This document shows, in pieces, positions 54,749-64,000 of a DNA stretch of 64,000 nucleotides (position 1 is its first letter; the number at the start of each line of letters is the position of its first letter). A program made the translations under genes and the position numbers. This stretch comes from an uncultured delta proteobacterium (lineage in GTDB: Bacteria; Desulfobacterota; Binatia; HRBIN30; BPIQ01), in NCBI GenBank assembly GCA_963761335.1, contig CAVXGR010000017.1, positions 192,001 to 256,000 on the forward strand, written 5' to 3'. The notes beneath the pieces are model-generated. The model was not told where the DNA came from. It made no database searches and saw only the letters and a program-made list of their open reading frames with translations.

Positions 54749-56647
54749 GTGAACGATCGCCAAGAGGATAGGGCCGAGGAAACGACGGCGGCGGCGCCGC
54801 CGGACCTGGAGGCCAAGCTCGACACCATTCCGGCGAAGCCGGGCGTGTATCTCCTCAAGGACAAGCACGGCACGGTGGTCTACGTCGGCAAGGCGAAGAG
54901 CTTGCGCGCCCGCGTCCGCTCCTACTTCCGCGGCGGCGACGAGCGTCATCAGGTTCGCTTTCTGGTGGCGCGGGTCACCGACATCGACACCCTGGTCACC
55001 GCCAACGACAAGGAAGCGCTGATCCTCGAGAACAACCTGATCAAGCAGTACAAGCCGCGCTACAACATCCGTCTGAAAGACGATAAGTCCTACGTCAGCG
55101 TCAAGGTGACGGTGCAGGACGCCTGGCCGCGGATCCTGGTGACCCGCAAGATCGTCAAGGACGGCAGCCGCTACTTCGGCCCCTTCCACTCGGCGCAGGC
55201 GGTGCGCGAGACCCTCGATACCATCCGCAAGGTGATCCCGCTGCGCACCTGTACCGACACCGTCTTCCGCAACCGCTCCCGCCCCTGCCTGGAGTATCAG
55301 ATCAAGCGCTGCCTGGGGCCGTGCTGTCTGCCGGTTGATCCCGAGGAGTACCGGCGCCACCTGCGCCAGGCGATCCTCCTCCTCGAGGGCAAGAGCAGTC
55401 AGCTGGTGCGGCAGCTGCGCGCCGAGATGGCAGAGGCCGCCGAGGAGACGCGCTTCGAGGAGGCGGCGCGGCTGCGCGACCGCATTCAGGCGGTCGAGAA
55501 GACCCAGGAGCGGCAGCAGATGGTCACCCACTGGGGGGGCGACCAGGACATCTTCGGCCTCTATCGCGAGGGCGGCTTCGTCGAAATACAGGTGCTCTTC
55601 GTCCGCAACGGCAAGCTCACCGGCAATCAGTCCTACAGCCTGCACGACATCGAGCTTCCCGACGAAGAGGTGCTGGAGCAGGTGCTGACGCAGTTTTACC
55701 AGGGCGAGCGCTATGTGCCCGACACCGTGCTGCTGCCCGTCGACCTCGAAGACGCCGACACCCGTGCCGAGCTCCTCTCCGAGCGGCGCGGCCGCCGCAT
55801 CGAGGTTCTGCGGCCGCAGCGCGGCGACAAGGTGCGCCTGCTGGAGATGGCGATGGAGAACGCCCGCCAGAGCTTTCAGGAGCGTCAGGACTCGGACGAC
55901 AAGCGCGCCAAGATGATGGCCGAGCTGCAGTCGCGGCTGCACCTGCGCAGCGCTCCAAAGCGGGTGGAGTGCTTCGACATCGCCAACATCCAGGGGGCGC
56001 TCGCCGTCGGCTCGATGGTGACCTTCGACGAGGGCGAGCCCGACAAGAATCGCTACCGGCGCTTTCGCGTGAAGACGGTCGCCGGTGCCGACGACTTCGC
56101 GATGATGTACGAGGTGCTCCGGCGGCGCTATCGGCGCGCCCGGGAGCAGGGCGACTTTCCCGACCTGCTGGTGGTCGATGGGGGCATCGGCCAGCTCAAC
56201 GTCGCCCTGGCCGTCCTGCGCGAGCTCGAGATCGACGCCGTCGACGCGGTCGGCCTGGCGAAGGCGCGCACCGAGCGCGCCCCGCGCGAGGCCGAGGTGC
56301 GCGGCTCCGAGGAGCGGGTGTTCCTTCCGAACCGCAAGAACCCGGTGATCCTGCGCCGCAACTCGAACGCGCTCTTCATGCTGCAGCGCATCCGCGACGA
56401 GGCGCACCGCTTCGCCAACACCTACCACCAGGAGCTGCGCGGCCGCGAGAGCGTGCGCTCGCTGCTCGATTCCATCCCCGGCGTCGGCCCCAAGCGGCGC
56501 CGCCGGCTCCTGCGCCACTTCGGCAGCGTCAAGCGGATGCGCGTCGCCTCTGCCGAGCAGATCGCCGAGGTGCCCGGCATCCCCCTCGGTCTGGCGGCGC
56601 AGATCCGGCAGATCCTCGGCAGCGTCGACCCCGAGCCGACGCCGTAA
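54749..56647 (+). CDS. uvrC: Excinuclease ABC subunit C
   Basis: PGVYL...YVGKAKSLR.RV.SYF, PRYNI.LKDDKSY, FEEAA..RD, ECFDI, DGG.GQ, RDEAHRFA, HhH. Confidence 0.97.
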   Translation: MNDRQEDRAEETTAAAPPDLEAKLDTIPAKPGVYLLKDKHGTVVYVGKAKSLRARVRSYFRGGDERHQVRFLVARVTDIDTLVTANDKEALILENNLIKQYKPRYNIRLKDDKSYVSVKVTVQDAWPRILVTRKIVKDGSRYFGPFHSAQAVRETLDTIRKVIPLRTCTDTVFRNRSRPCLEYQIKRCLGPCCLPVDPEEYRRHLRQAILLLEGKSSQLVRQLRAEMAEAAEETRFEEAARLRDRIQAVEKTQERQQMVTHWGGDQDIFGLYREGGFVEIQVLFVRNGKLTGNQSYSLHDIELPDEEVLEQVLTQFYQGERYVPDTVLLPVDLEDADTRAELLSERRGRRIEVLRPQRGDKVRLLEMAMENARQSFQERQDSDDKRAKMMAELQSRLHLRSAPKRVECFDIANIQGALAVGSMVTFDEGEPDKNRYRRFRVKTVAGADDFAMMYEVLRRRYRRAREQGDFPDLLVVDGGIGQLNVALAVLRELEIDAVDAVGLAKARTERAPREAEVRGSEERVFLPNRKNPVILRRNSNALFMLQRIRDEAHRFANTYHQELRGRESVRSLLDSIPGVGPKRRRRLLRHFGSVKRMRVASAEQIAEVPGIPLGLAAQIRQILGSVDPEPTP

Positions 56648-56660
56648 TCGGGAGGGAACC

Positions 56661-57905
56661 ATGGACTTCGACATTCCGGCGGATATCCGGCGCAAGCTCG
56701 ACGAGCTCGACGGCTTCATCGAGCGCGAGATCAAGCCCCTCGAGCGCGATCACATGCAGTTCTTCGATCACCGCCGCGAGCACGCGCGCACCGACTGGGA
56801 GAACGGCGGCCGGCCGCGCCGCGAGTGGGAGGAGCTGCTGGCCGAGATGCGAGGCCGCGCCGACGCCGCCGGACACCTGCGCTACGCGCTGCCGGTGGAG
56901 CTCGGCGGCCAGGCCGCCTCGAACCTGGCCATGGCCATCGTCCGCGAGCACCTGGCGCGCAAGGGCCTCGGACTCCACAACGACCTGCAGAACGAGTCGT
57001 CGGTGGTCGGCAACTTCCCCGTGGTGCACATGATGTGGGAGTTCGGCACGCCGGAACAGAAGGCGGAGTTCCTCCCCGGCCTGATCACCGGCACGCACCG
57101 CATGGGCTTCGGCCTCACCGAGCCGCAGCACGGCAGCGACGCCACCTGGCTGGAGACCACAGCCGTCCGCGACGGCGGCGACTGGGTGATCAACGGCGGC
57201 AAGCGCTTCAACTCCGGCCTGCACAGCGCCAACTACGACATGATCTTCGCCCGCACCGCCGGCGCCCAGGGAGACGCCGAGGGGATCACCTGCTTCATCG
57301 TGCCCACCGGCACTCCCGGCTTCTCGGTCGACTTCATGTGGTGGACCTTCAACATGCCGAGCGATCACGCCGAGGTGACGCTGCGCGACGTGCGCGTGCC
57401 GCACGCCGCCATCTTCGGCGAGGAGGGCAGGGGGCTGGCATTGGCGCAGCACTTCGTTCACGAGAACCGCATTCGCCAAGCGGCCTCCGGTGTCGGCGCG
57501 GCGCAGTACTGCATCGACGAGAGCGTCGCCTACGCGCGCCAGCGCCAGGTTTTCGGCAAGCCTCTGTGGCTCAACCAGGCGATCCAGTTTCCCCTCGCCG
57601 AGCTGCAGACCGAATGCGAGATGGTCCGCGGTCTGGTTTACAGGACTGCCTGGCACCTCGACCGCAACGACCACATGGAGGTCACCGACAAGGTGTCGAT
57701 GTGCAACTACCGCGCGAATCGCCTGGCGGTCGAGGCGGCGGACCGCGCCATCCAGGTGCACGGCGGCATCGGCTATACTCGCCACTTGCCCTTCGAGCAC
57801 ATCTACCGCCACCACCGCCGCTATCGTATCACCGAAGGCTCCGATGAGATCCAGATCCGCCGCGTCGCCGGGGTGATGTTCGGCCGCCGCGCCAAGCGCG
57901 CGTGA
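56661..57905 (+). CDS. Acyl-CoA dehydrogenase family protein
   Basis: FGLTEP.HGSDA, INGGK.F, R..FGKPL..NQAIQF, AIQVHGG.G, ITEGSDEIQ. Confidence 0.93.
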   Translation: MDFDIPADIRRKLDELDGFIEREIKPLERDHMQFFDHRREHARTDWENGGRPRREWEELLAEMRGRADAAGHLRYALPVELGGQAASNLAMAIVREHLARKGLGLHNDLQNESSVVGNFPVVHMMWEFGTPEQKAEFLPGLITGTHRMGFGLTEPQHGSDATWLETTAVRDGGDWVINGGKRFNSGLHSANYDMIFARTAGAQGDAEGITCFIVPTGTPGFSVDFMWWTFNMPSDHAEVTLRDVRVPHAAIFGEEGRGLALAQHFVHENRIRQAASGVGAAQYCIDESVAYARQRQVFGKPLWLNQAIQFPLAELQTECEMVRGLVYRTAWHLDRNDHMEVTDKVSMCNYRANRLAVEAADRAIQVHGGIGYTRHLPFEHIYRHHRRYRITEGSDEIQIRRVAGVMFGRRAKRA

Positions 57906-57909
57906 GGCG

Positions 57910-58344
57910 CTGCTTCGAAAATGTCTTGGGTGAAGGTCTGGCGGAGCTCCGGCGCTTGGGGTGGAGCTTATCGCCCCGGAGGGGCGCGGGCATGTAGCCC
58001 CGGGTGTTAACCCGGGGAGCGCGTTCCGATTGGCCCAGATCAGCGCCCCGCAGGGGCGCCGGCGTAGAGGCCGCGTGAATCACCTCGATGAGCTTCCCAC
58101 GCACCCAGCGGTGATCATCGGCGTACAGGCGTGACATCGACGAAAACTTGCCCGCGCCCCTGGCCGGGCGCGCCTGCCGGAGCGCGCATTCTTCCCCGGG
58201 TTTTCACCCGGGGCTACACGCCACCGCCCCTCCGGGGCGAACTTCGCCCAGGCGAGAACCTCCAAATCTCTTGCCGGGGTAGATCCACAGCCTCATTTTT
58301 CTTCGTCTACTGGTGAACCGCAAGGCTCATGATGCCCTGTCCCC
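57910..58344. repeat. Solitary diverged copy of the 428-bp element
   Basis: Colinear with the 26673 unit from ctgcttcgaaaat to aaggctcatg; ends in cctgtcccc. Confidence 0.9.
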
Positions 58345-58401
58345 AAGGTGGGTCTTGCCGCCGCCCGGCGGCGGCGGTAAACGACGAGGCGGAGGCTATG
58401 G

Positions 58402-60906
58402 ATGGCGACTCCGAGCACGGACGTGGAAACACGCCGCCGCGCCGTCTGGCGCAGCCCGATCAGCTGGCTGGCGCTGGGTCTGATCGGTGGACAGCTGGCG
58501 GCGGGGACGCATGTGGCAGTGCCGCTGCCGCTGCAGGTCGCGCTTGCACTGGCCGGTACCGGGGCGTTCGCCAGGAGACGAACGCGCCCGGCGGGTCTGC
58601 TGTTGCTGGCGGCGGTCGTCGGTTTTCACCAGGTCGAGAGCGGGTTGCGGCGTCCCGGGGGGATCGAGCAGGTGGCGCGCCTGGCCCCGGCCGTGGTTCA
58701 TCTCCGCGCCCGCATGGAGGAGGCGCCAGTGCGCCTGGAGCGCAAGAGCCGCGTGCGCCTCGAGGTGCTCGCTGTCGAGCGCGGCGGCCGCTGGCGGTCG
58801 GTGCACGGCGGCGTGCTCCTGTCGGTGGCGGTCATGCGGCGACGGTGGCGGCGCGGCGCCGTGTTCGAGGCGCGGCTGAGCCTGCGGCGACCGCGCAACT
58901 TCGGCAATCCCCGGGAGTTCGACTACGAGAGCTACCTGGCGCGCCGCGGGGTCTTCGTGACCGCGTTCGCCTACGGCGACGACCGCTTCCGCCTGTGCGG
59001 TCAATCGCCGTCGGCATTCGCCTGGCTGGACGACTACCGCGCCCGAGTCGCGGTTGCCTTCGCGCGACATCTGCGCAGCCCGACGCGTGAGATTCTCGCG
59101 GCGCTGGTTCTGGGAGACGACGAGCAGCTGCCGCGCGAGGTGCGCCGGCGATTTGCCGAGGCCGGTGTGAGTCACGTGCTCTCCATCTCCGGGCTGCACA
59201 TCGGCCTGGTGGCGGCGGTCGCCTTCGCGCTGGCGCGGTGGCTCCTGTCCCGCAGCCGATGGCTGTTGCTGCGCGCCCGGGTCCCGAAGCTGGCCGCCGC
59301 CTCGTGTCTCGGCCCGGTTCTCTTCTACGCCGCCGTTGCCCGCGGCGGAGTCGCCACCGGCCGCGCCCTGATCATGCTCGCGGCGATGGTGATCGCCGTG
59401 CTCGTCGACCGCGAGCGCGACGTCGTGGTGGCAATTGCGGCGGCGGCGCTGGCGATCTGCGTCCTCTGGCCCGGGTCCGTGCTCGACGTCTCCTTTCAGC
59501 TCTCCTTCGTCTCGGTGCTGGCTCTGGTGCTCGGCGTCGAGGGCTACTGGCGCTGGTGGCGGCGGCTCGAGCAGGAGCGGCTCCTGCACCTGCGCGGGCG
59601 CCGCTGGCGGTGGGTGCGGGGCGCCGGCGCCTACTTCGCCGTCAGCTTCTGCGCTCTGCTGGGCACGGCACCGCTGACGGCCTACCACTTCAACCGCATC
59701 TCGCCGATCGGCCTGGTGGCCAACCCCGTGGTGGTGCCGCTGCTCGGCACTGCCGCAGTCGGCCTCGGGCTGGTGGGAGCCGTCGCCGTGCCTCTGTGCG
59801 CGCCTCTGGCGGCGGGGGCCATCGTCCTGGCGGGCGCGGCTATCGACTGGGGGACGCGCCTCGCCGTCTTCTTCTCGTCTCTCCCGGGCGCCAGCCTGCG
59901 GGTGGTGACGCCGACGCCGGTCGAGCTGCTGCTTGTCTATCCGCTGTTGCTGGCGGCGTTCTGCTGGCGCGGGCGGCGTCGATGCGTCGCCATCGCCGTG
60001 CTGGCGGTGGCTCTCGCCGCCGACCTCGGGCTCGCCGTCCGCCAGCGTTACTTCGGCGATTCGCTGCGCCTCACCTTCCTCTCCGTCGGCCAGGGCGACT
60101 GCGCCGTGCTGCGCTTTCCGGGAGCCGACGTGATGGTGGTCGACGGCGGCGGCCTCGCCGGCTTCGACGTCGGCGAGCGCGTCGTCGGTCCGTATCTCTG
60201 GAGTGAGAGGATCGGCCGGCTCGACCAGGTGGTGCTGACGCATCCACAGGCGGATCATTACGGCGGCCTGGCGTTTCTCGCCGAGGAGTTCCGGCCGCGC
60301 GAGTTCTGGGACAACGGCGAGAGCGCCGCTGCGGAAGGATATCGACGGCTGCGCCGCGCCGTCGGCGCCAGCGGCGCGGCACAGCTGCGGGTCGCCGCCG
60401 GATATCGGCGCCACCTCGGCGGCTGCACGATCGAGGCGCTGAACCCGCCGGCCGCGGCCCCGCCGGCGGCGGACCCGAACGACCACTCCGTGGTTCTGCG
60501 CGTCGCCTGCGGCGCGGCCCGCCTGCTGCTCACTGGCGATCTCGAAGAGGAAGGAGAACGGCGCCTGCTCGCCCTGGGCGGCGACCTGCGCAGCGATGTC
60601 CTCAAGGTCGGCCACCACGGCAGCCGCACCTCCAGCAGCGTGGCATTTCTCGACGCCGTCCGCCCGCGCGCCGCAGTGATCTCGGCCGGCTTCGGCAACC
60701 GCTTCGGCTTTCCCCACGCGGTGGTGCTCGAGGCGCTGACGGCGGACGGGGCTCGGGTCTATCGCACCGACACCGACGGCGCCGTGCAGGTCGAGATGCG
60801 CTTCGACGGCCGCATGCGCGTTCGCACGGCGCGCCGCGGTTGGCAGGACGTGCCGCGGCCATCGCTCTACGCCGCAGGCGCCGCACGCTCGCCACACGCT
60901 CGTTGA
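58402..60906 (+). CDS. comEC: DNA internalization competence protein ComEC/Rec2
   Basis: NPREFDY..YL, HVLSISGLH, SFQLSF, VGQGD, THPQADHYGG, LTGD, KVGHHGS.TSS, RTD..G. Confidence 0.95.
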   Translation: MATPSTDVETRRRAVWRSPISWLALGLIGGQLAAGTHVAVPLPLQVALALAGTGAFARRRTRPAGLLLLAAVVGFHQVESGLRRPGGIEQVARLAPAVVHLRARMEEAPVRLERKSRVRLEVLAVERGGRWRSVHGGVLLSVAVMRRRWRRGAVFEARLSLRRPRNFGNPREFDYESYLARRGVFVTAFAYGDDRFRLCGQSPSAFAWLDDYRARVAVAFARHLRSPTREILAALVLGDDEQLPREVRRRFAEAGVSHVLSISGLHIGLVAAVAFALARWLLSRSRWLLLRARVPKLAAASCLGPVLFYAAVARGGVATGRALIMLAAMVIAVLVDRERDVVVAIAAAALAICVLWPGSVLDVSFQLSFVSVLALVLGVEGYWRWWRRLEQERLLHLRGRRWRWVRGAGAYFAVSFCALLGTAPLTAYHFNRISPIGLVANPVVVPLLGTAAVGLGLVGAVAVPLCAPLAAGAIVLAGAAIDWGTRLAVFFSSLPGASLRVVTPTPVELLLVYPLLLAAFCWRGRRRCVAIAVLAVALAADLGLAVRQRYFGDSLRLTFLSVGQGDCAVLRFPGADVMVVDGGGLAGFDVGERVVGPYLWSERIGRLDQVVLTHPQADHYGGLAFLAEEFRPREFWDNGESAAAEGYRRLRRAVGASGAAQLRVAAGYRRHLGGCTIEALNPPAAAPPAADPNDHSVVLRVACGAARLLLTGDLEEEGERRLLALGGDLRSDVLKVGHHGSRTSSSVAFLDAVRPRAAVISAGFGNRFGFPHAVVLEALTADGARVYRTDTDGAVQVEMRFDGRMRVRTARRGWQDVPRPSLYAAGAARSPHAR

Positions 60907-60989
60907 CTCCCCCGGCGGCCGGGATTATGGTCGCGAAGGTGTGACGGCGGCGGTACGCTGTCTTTTTTTTTACCGTCGCGCGGGGGGTC

Positions 60990-62177
60990 ATGAGTCATCC
61001 GAGCTTCAAGCAGATGATGAACGAGGTGGTTGCCTATGGCAGCTGCTGCGAGTGCGGCTCCTGCGTTCTCGTCTGCCCCCACAACGTCATCGACTACCTC
61101 GACGGCAAGCCGAAGCAGGTCGCCAAGGCGACGGCCGCCTTTGATTTCTGCGGCATCAGCGAGGGCATCGGCTGTGACGTCTGCGCCCAGGTGTGCCCGC
61201 GGCTGGGCGAGCGCGAGCACCTGCTGGCACCGCAGGTGTTCGACGGCGAGGCGCGCTACCAGGGGGCCTTCGGGCGCTACCGGCGCATCGTCGCGGCGCG
61301 CTGCGTCGACCCGCGCATTCTGGCGCACTGCCAGGACGGCGGCGTGGTCACCGCGCTGCTGGCGTGGGCGCGGCGCACCGGTCGCATCGACGGCGCCGTG
61401 GTCTCCGCCGCCGATCCGGAGCGGCCGGCGGCGCCCAAGCCCAAGGTGGTCACCACCGAGGAGGAGATCCTCGCCAGCGGCACCTCGTGGTACACGTACT
61501 GCCCGAACAACCTGGCGCTCGAGCAGGCGGCGGAGATGGGCCTCTCGCGGGTCGCCTTCGTCGGGGTTCCCTGCCAGATCACGCCGGTGCGCAAGATGGA
61601 GCTGTGCGATCCCTCCTATCTGGACAATGGACGCAAGAAGGAGAAGCACATCGAGCGACAGACGCGGTTCCTCAAGGGGTTCGCCGAGCGCGTGGCGCTG
61701 AACATCGGGCTGCTCTGCAGCGAAGTCTTCACCTTCGACGGTCTCATGCGCGAAACCGTCGAGGAGCGCATGGGCATTCCCCTCGAGCAGATCGCCAAGT
61801 TCAACGTGAAGGGCAAGGTGTTGATCTACAAGAAGGATGGGGAGATGGTGGAGATGAACCTTCGCGAGGCACAGGAGTATGCCCGGCCGGAATGCCACCA
61901 CTGCGCGGACTTCTCGGCCGAGCTCGCCGACATCTCGTGCGGCGGCGTCGGGGCGATGGACTGGACGATCACGATTCTGCGCAGCGCCCGCGGCGAGGAG
62001 ATCTTCGAGGCGGCGGTGCGCGAGGGGATCTTCGAGGTGCGACCGATCGAGGAGCTCGAGAACTCCATGAAGGTGCTCCTTCGACTGACCCGCAAGCAGC
62101 GCGACCGCGTGCCCCTGCCGCCGGGGCGCGACCCCAGCTTCGTGCGCCCGCCCGGCTTCGCGACCACGCGCGCTTAG
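60990..62177 (+). CDS. F420 hydrogenase/dehydrogenase beta-subunit family (FrhB/FpoF-like) with N-terminal ferredoxin
   Basis: CCECGSCVLVCP, C..CAQVCP, QDGGVVTALL, VGVPCQ, GLLC, C..C.DF.AELADISCG. Confidence 0.88.
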   Translation: MSHPSFKQMMNEVVAYGSCCECGSCVLVCPHNVIDYLDGKPKQVAKATAAFDFCGISEGIGCDVCAQVCPRLGEREHLLAPQVFDGEARYQGAFGRYRRIVAARCVDPRILAHCQDGGVVTALLAWARRTGRIDGAVVSAADPERPAAPKPKVVTTEEEILASGTSWYTYCPNNLALEQAAEMGLSRVAFVGVPCQITPVRKMELCDPSYLDNGRKKEKHIERQTRFLKGFAERVALNIGLLCSEVFTFDGLMRETVEERMGIPLEQIAKFNVKGKVLIYKKDGEMVEMNLREAQEYARPECHHCADFSAELADISCGGVGAMDWTITILRSARGEEIFEAAVREGIFEVRPIEELENSMKVLLRLTRKQRDRVPLPPGRDPSFVRPPGFATTRA

Positions 62178-62193
62178 GCGCGTTCGTGCATTT

Positions 62194-63300
62194 ATGAAAG
62201 CTGCGAGAGCACTGAGCGCCGCCCCAGGGAAGTTCCCGCGCGAGTACCTCGAGCGCCTGATCGAGAGCTCCCCCGACGTGGTCATTGCCGTCGACCGCAA
62301 CGGCATCATCTTCTACTACAACGACGGCGCCGAGAAGATTCTCGGCTACACCGCGGCCGAGATGCTCGGCCACAACGTCATCGGCATCTATCCGAGCGCC
62401 GAGGAGGCGCGGCGGGTGATGGCGGCGATGCGCAGCGACGAGCACGGCGGACCCGGCAAGGTGAAGAGCTTCGAGACCGAGTTCGTCGACCGCCTCGGAC
62501 GGCACCTGCCGGTGGCCATCTCCGGGTCGATCCTCTACGACGACGCCGGCCTCGAGGGCGGCTCAATCGGCTTCGCCAAGGATCTCACCGACATTCGCCT
62601 GCAGGACCGCCTGGCCACTCTCGGCGAAGTGGCCGTCGGCATGTCGCACGAGATCAACTCCCCGCTCGAGGTGATCCTCAACCAGCTGGAGCTGCTCGAG
62701 GAGTTCGTCCGCCGCTCCGCCGCCGACGACAAGGCTGAGGTCGAGGAGGAACGCATCGACTCGATCCGCCGCGAGCTGCACAAGGTGCAGACCATCATCG
62801 GCCATCTCGAGGAGATGTCGCGCGGCGGCGAGTACAACACGCGCGAGTACATCCATGGCGCGCAGATGACCGACTTCGGCGTGCGGCCGCGGCCGAGCAG
62901 GAGCGGCCCGCTCGCCGGGCTGCGCATCCTGGTGGTGGACGACGACCTCGGCGTATGCGGCTCACTGCGCGATCTGTTGCTCGAGGAGGGGTGCCAGGTG
63001 TTGACCGCGGGTGGCGGACTGGAGGCCCTGCGGGTCCTCGACCAGCAGTCGGTGGATCTCGTGCTGAGCGACGTCGTCATGCCCGATCTCGACGGCTACG
63101 ACCTGTTCATGGAGGTTCGCCGCCGGGGCGAGACGCCGGTGATTCTGATGACCGGCTACTACTATGACAAGGACCACGTCATCAAACGCAGCCGTCTCGA
63201 AGGAGTCGAGGGGGTGATCTTCAAGAAGCCGATCGACCCGGCCCGGCTGAAGGAGACGATCCGGCAGCAGTGCGGGCGGGCGCAGGCGACGGCGACCTGA
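62194..63300 (+). CDS. PAS-HisKA-receiver signalling protein lacking a HATPase domain
   Basis: PAS; SHEINSPL H-box; ILVVDDD...LSDVVMPDLDG...KP receiver; no N, G1 or G2 boxes. Confidence 0.8.
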   Translation: MKAARALSAAPGKFPREYLERLIESSPDVVIAVDRNGIIFYYNDGAEKILGYTAAEMLGHNVIGIYPSAEEARRVMAAMRSDEHGGPGKVKSFETEFVDRLGRHLPVAISGSILYDDAGLEGGSIGFAKDLTDIRLQDRLATLGEVAVGMSHEINSPLEVILNQLELLEEFVRRSAADDKAEVEEERIDSIRRELHKVQTIIGHLEEMSRGGEYNTREYIHGAQMTDFGVRPRPSRSGPLAGLRILVVDDDLGVCGSLRDLLLEEGCQVLTAGGGLEALRVLDQQSVDLVLSDVVMPDLDGYDLFMEVRRRGETPVILMTGYYYDKDHVIKRSRLEGVEGVIFKKPIDPARLKETIRQQCGRAQATAT

Positions 63301-63733
63301 GGGCGATCGTGGCCGCGCTGCGGGCGGTGGGAGATCGCAGATCCGGCGACGGAGTCGGGGCGGGCCGGATAGTGAAGTCGACGTCGCCGTGCTCTCCGGT
63401 GACGACGGCGCGGCGCTCCTCGACACGGACGAGCTTGCCGAGCCCCGGGATCGTGTCGCCGACGCGATACATCTCCGTCTGTCCGTCAGGCGACTCGAAG
63501 ACCGCTACCTGGAAGTCGTTTCCCGCCGCCACTCCGGCCAGGCGATATGCGCCGGCCGCGTGCGTCGGCGCCGCCGCTGCCTCGGGTGCCGGGGTCGCGG
63601 GCGCCGGCGTCGGCGTGCGAGTTGCGCCGATCACTGCCGGCGGAGGCGATGCGGCGGGCCAGAGGAACCAGGCCGCGAGCACCAACAGCGCCGCCAGCAG
63701 CGCCAGCAAGGCGGCGAGCGCGCGCGCGTTCAT
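63221..63733 (-). CDS. Hypothetical membrane-anchored protein (GspC/PilP-like)
   Basis: N-terminal TM, Pro-rich linker, YRLAGV...AVFE.PDG....YRVGD.IPG....V. Confidence 0.55.
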   Translation of the reverse strand: MNARALAALLALLAALLVLAAWFLWPAASPPPAVIGATRTPTPAPATPAPEAAAAPTHAAGAYRLAGVAAGNDFQVAVFESPDGQTEMYRVGDTIPGLGKLVRVEERRAVVTGEHGDVDFTIRPAPTPSPDLRSPTARSAATIALRSPSPAPARTAAGSSPSAGPGRSAS

Positions 63734-63780
63734 TGGACCCTTGGCGCGGCGGGAGCGCCGCCGTGTCTGACGGCCGGGGC

Positions 63781-64000
63781 ATGGCGCCGGCCGCGGCACT
63801 GTCGGAGACGCAGCTGAGCGGCCCGGAGCCGCCGCTGCCGTGGAGCACCTGGCTGCGCTACTGGGCGGTGGTGGCGGTGTGGATGGGGGTGATCTCCTAC
63901 CTGTCCACCGACGCCTTCTCGGCCTCGAACACCAACCGCTACATCGACCCGGTGCTGCGCTTCTTCTTGCCGTGGCTCAGCAACCGCGAGCTGCTGGCGG
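63781..64000 (+). CDS. VanZ-family protein, 5' part
   Basis: WLRYWAVVAVWMGVISYLSTDAFSASNT..I.P.LRF..PW; runs off the window edge. Confidence 0.7.
   Translation, partial: MAPAAALSETQLSGPEPPLPWSTWLRYWAVVAVWMGVISYLSTDAFSASNTNRYIDPVLRFFLPWLSNRELLA

Noticed and set aside
54473..56734. 753-aa minus-strand ORF
   Set aside because: Antisense shadow of uvrC.
58396..60897. 833-aa minus-strand ORF
   Set aside because: Antisense shadow of comEC.
1..64000. tRNA or rRNA genes
   Set aside because: None recognised by eye; tRNAscan or Infernal would be needed to exclude them.

Overview
GC-rich bacterial chromosomal window. The Cys-rich secreted proteins, GDCNGDG motif, hopanoid genes and F420-type gene suggest a Binatota/Deltaproteobacteria-like organism; this is inference only. 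In order it contains: the 5' part of a SWIM/SNF2-type helicase; an imuA-imuB-dnaE2 mutagenesis cassette; YHYH, lipoprotein, cytochrome c and MOSC genes; a decayed integron (intI 3' remnant, attC sites, three toxin-antitoxin pairs); assorted housekeeping genes; an 11-gene mevalonate plus hopanoid operon; uvrC, comEC and an FrhB-like gene; and several families of palindromic or tandem repeats. The most unusual observation is in dnaE2. A complete four-helix-bundle (IVP/bAvd-like) gene with its own Shine-Dalgarno site is nested in the +1 frame (8952-9326) while the DnaE2 frame stays open across it. It is accompanied by 7/8-mer GTTGTT/AACAAC hairpin repeats inserted in frame into loops of ImuB and DnaE2. 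All calls come from reading motifs by eye; no searches were run.
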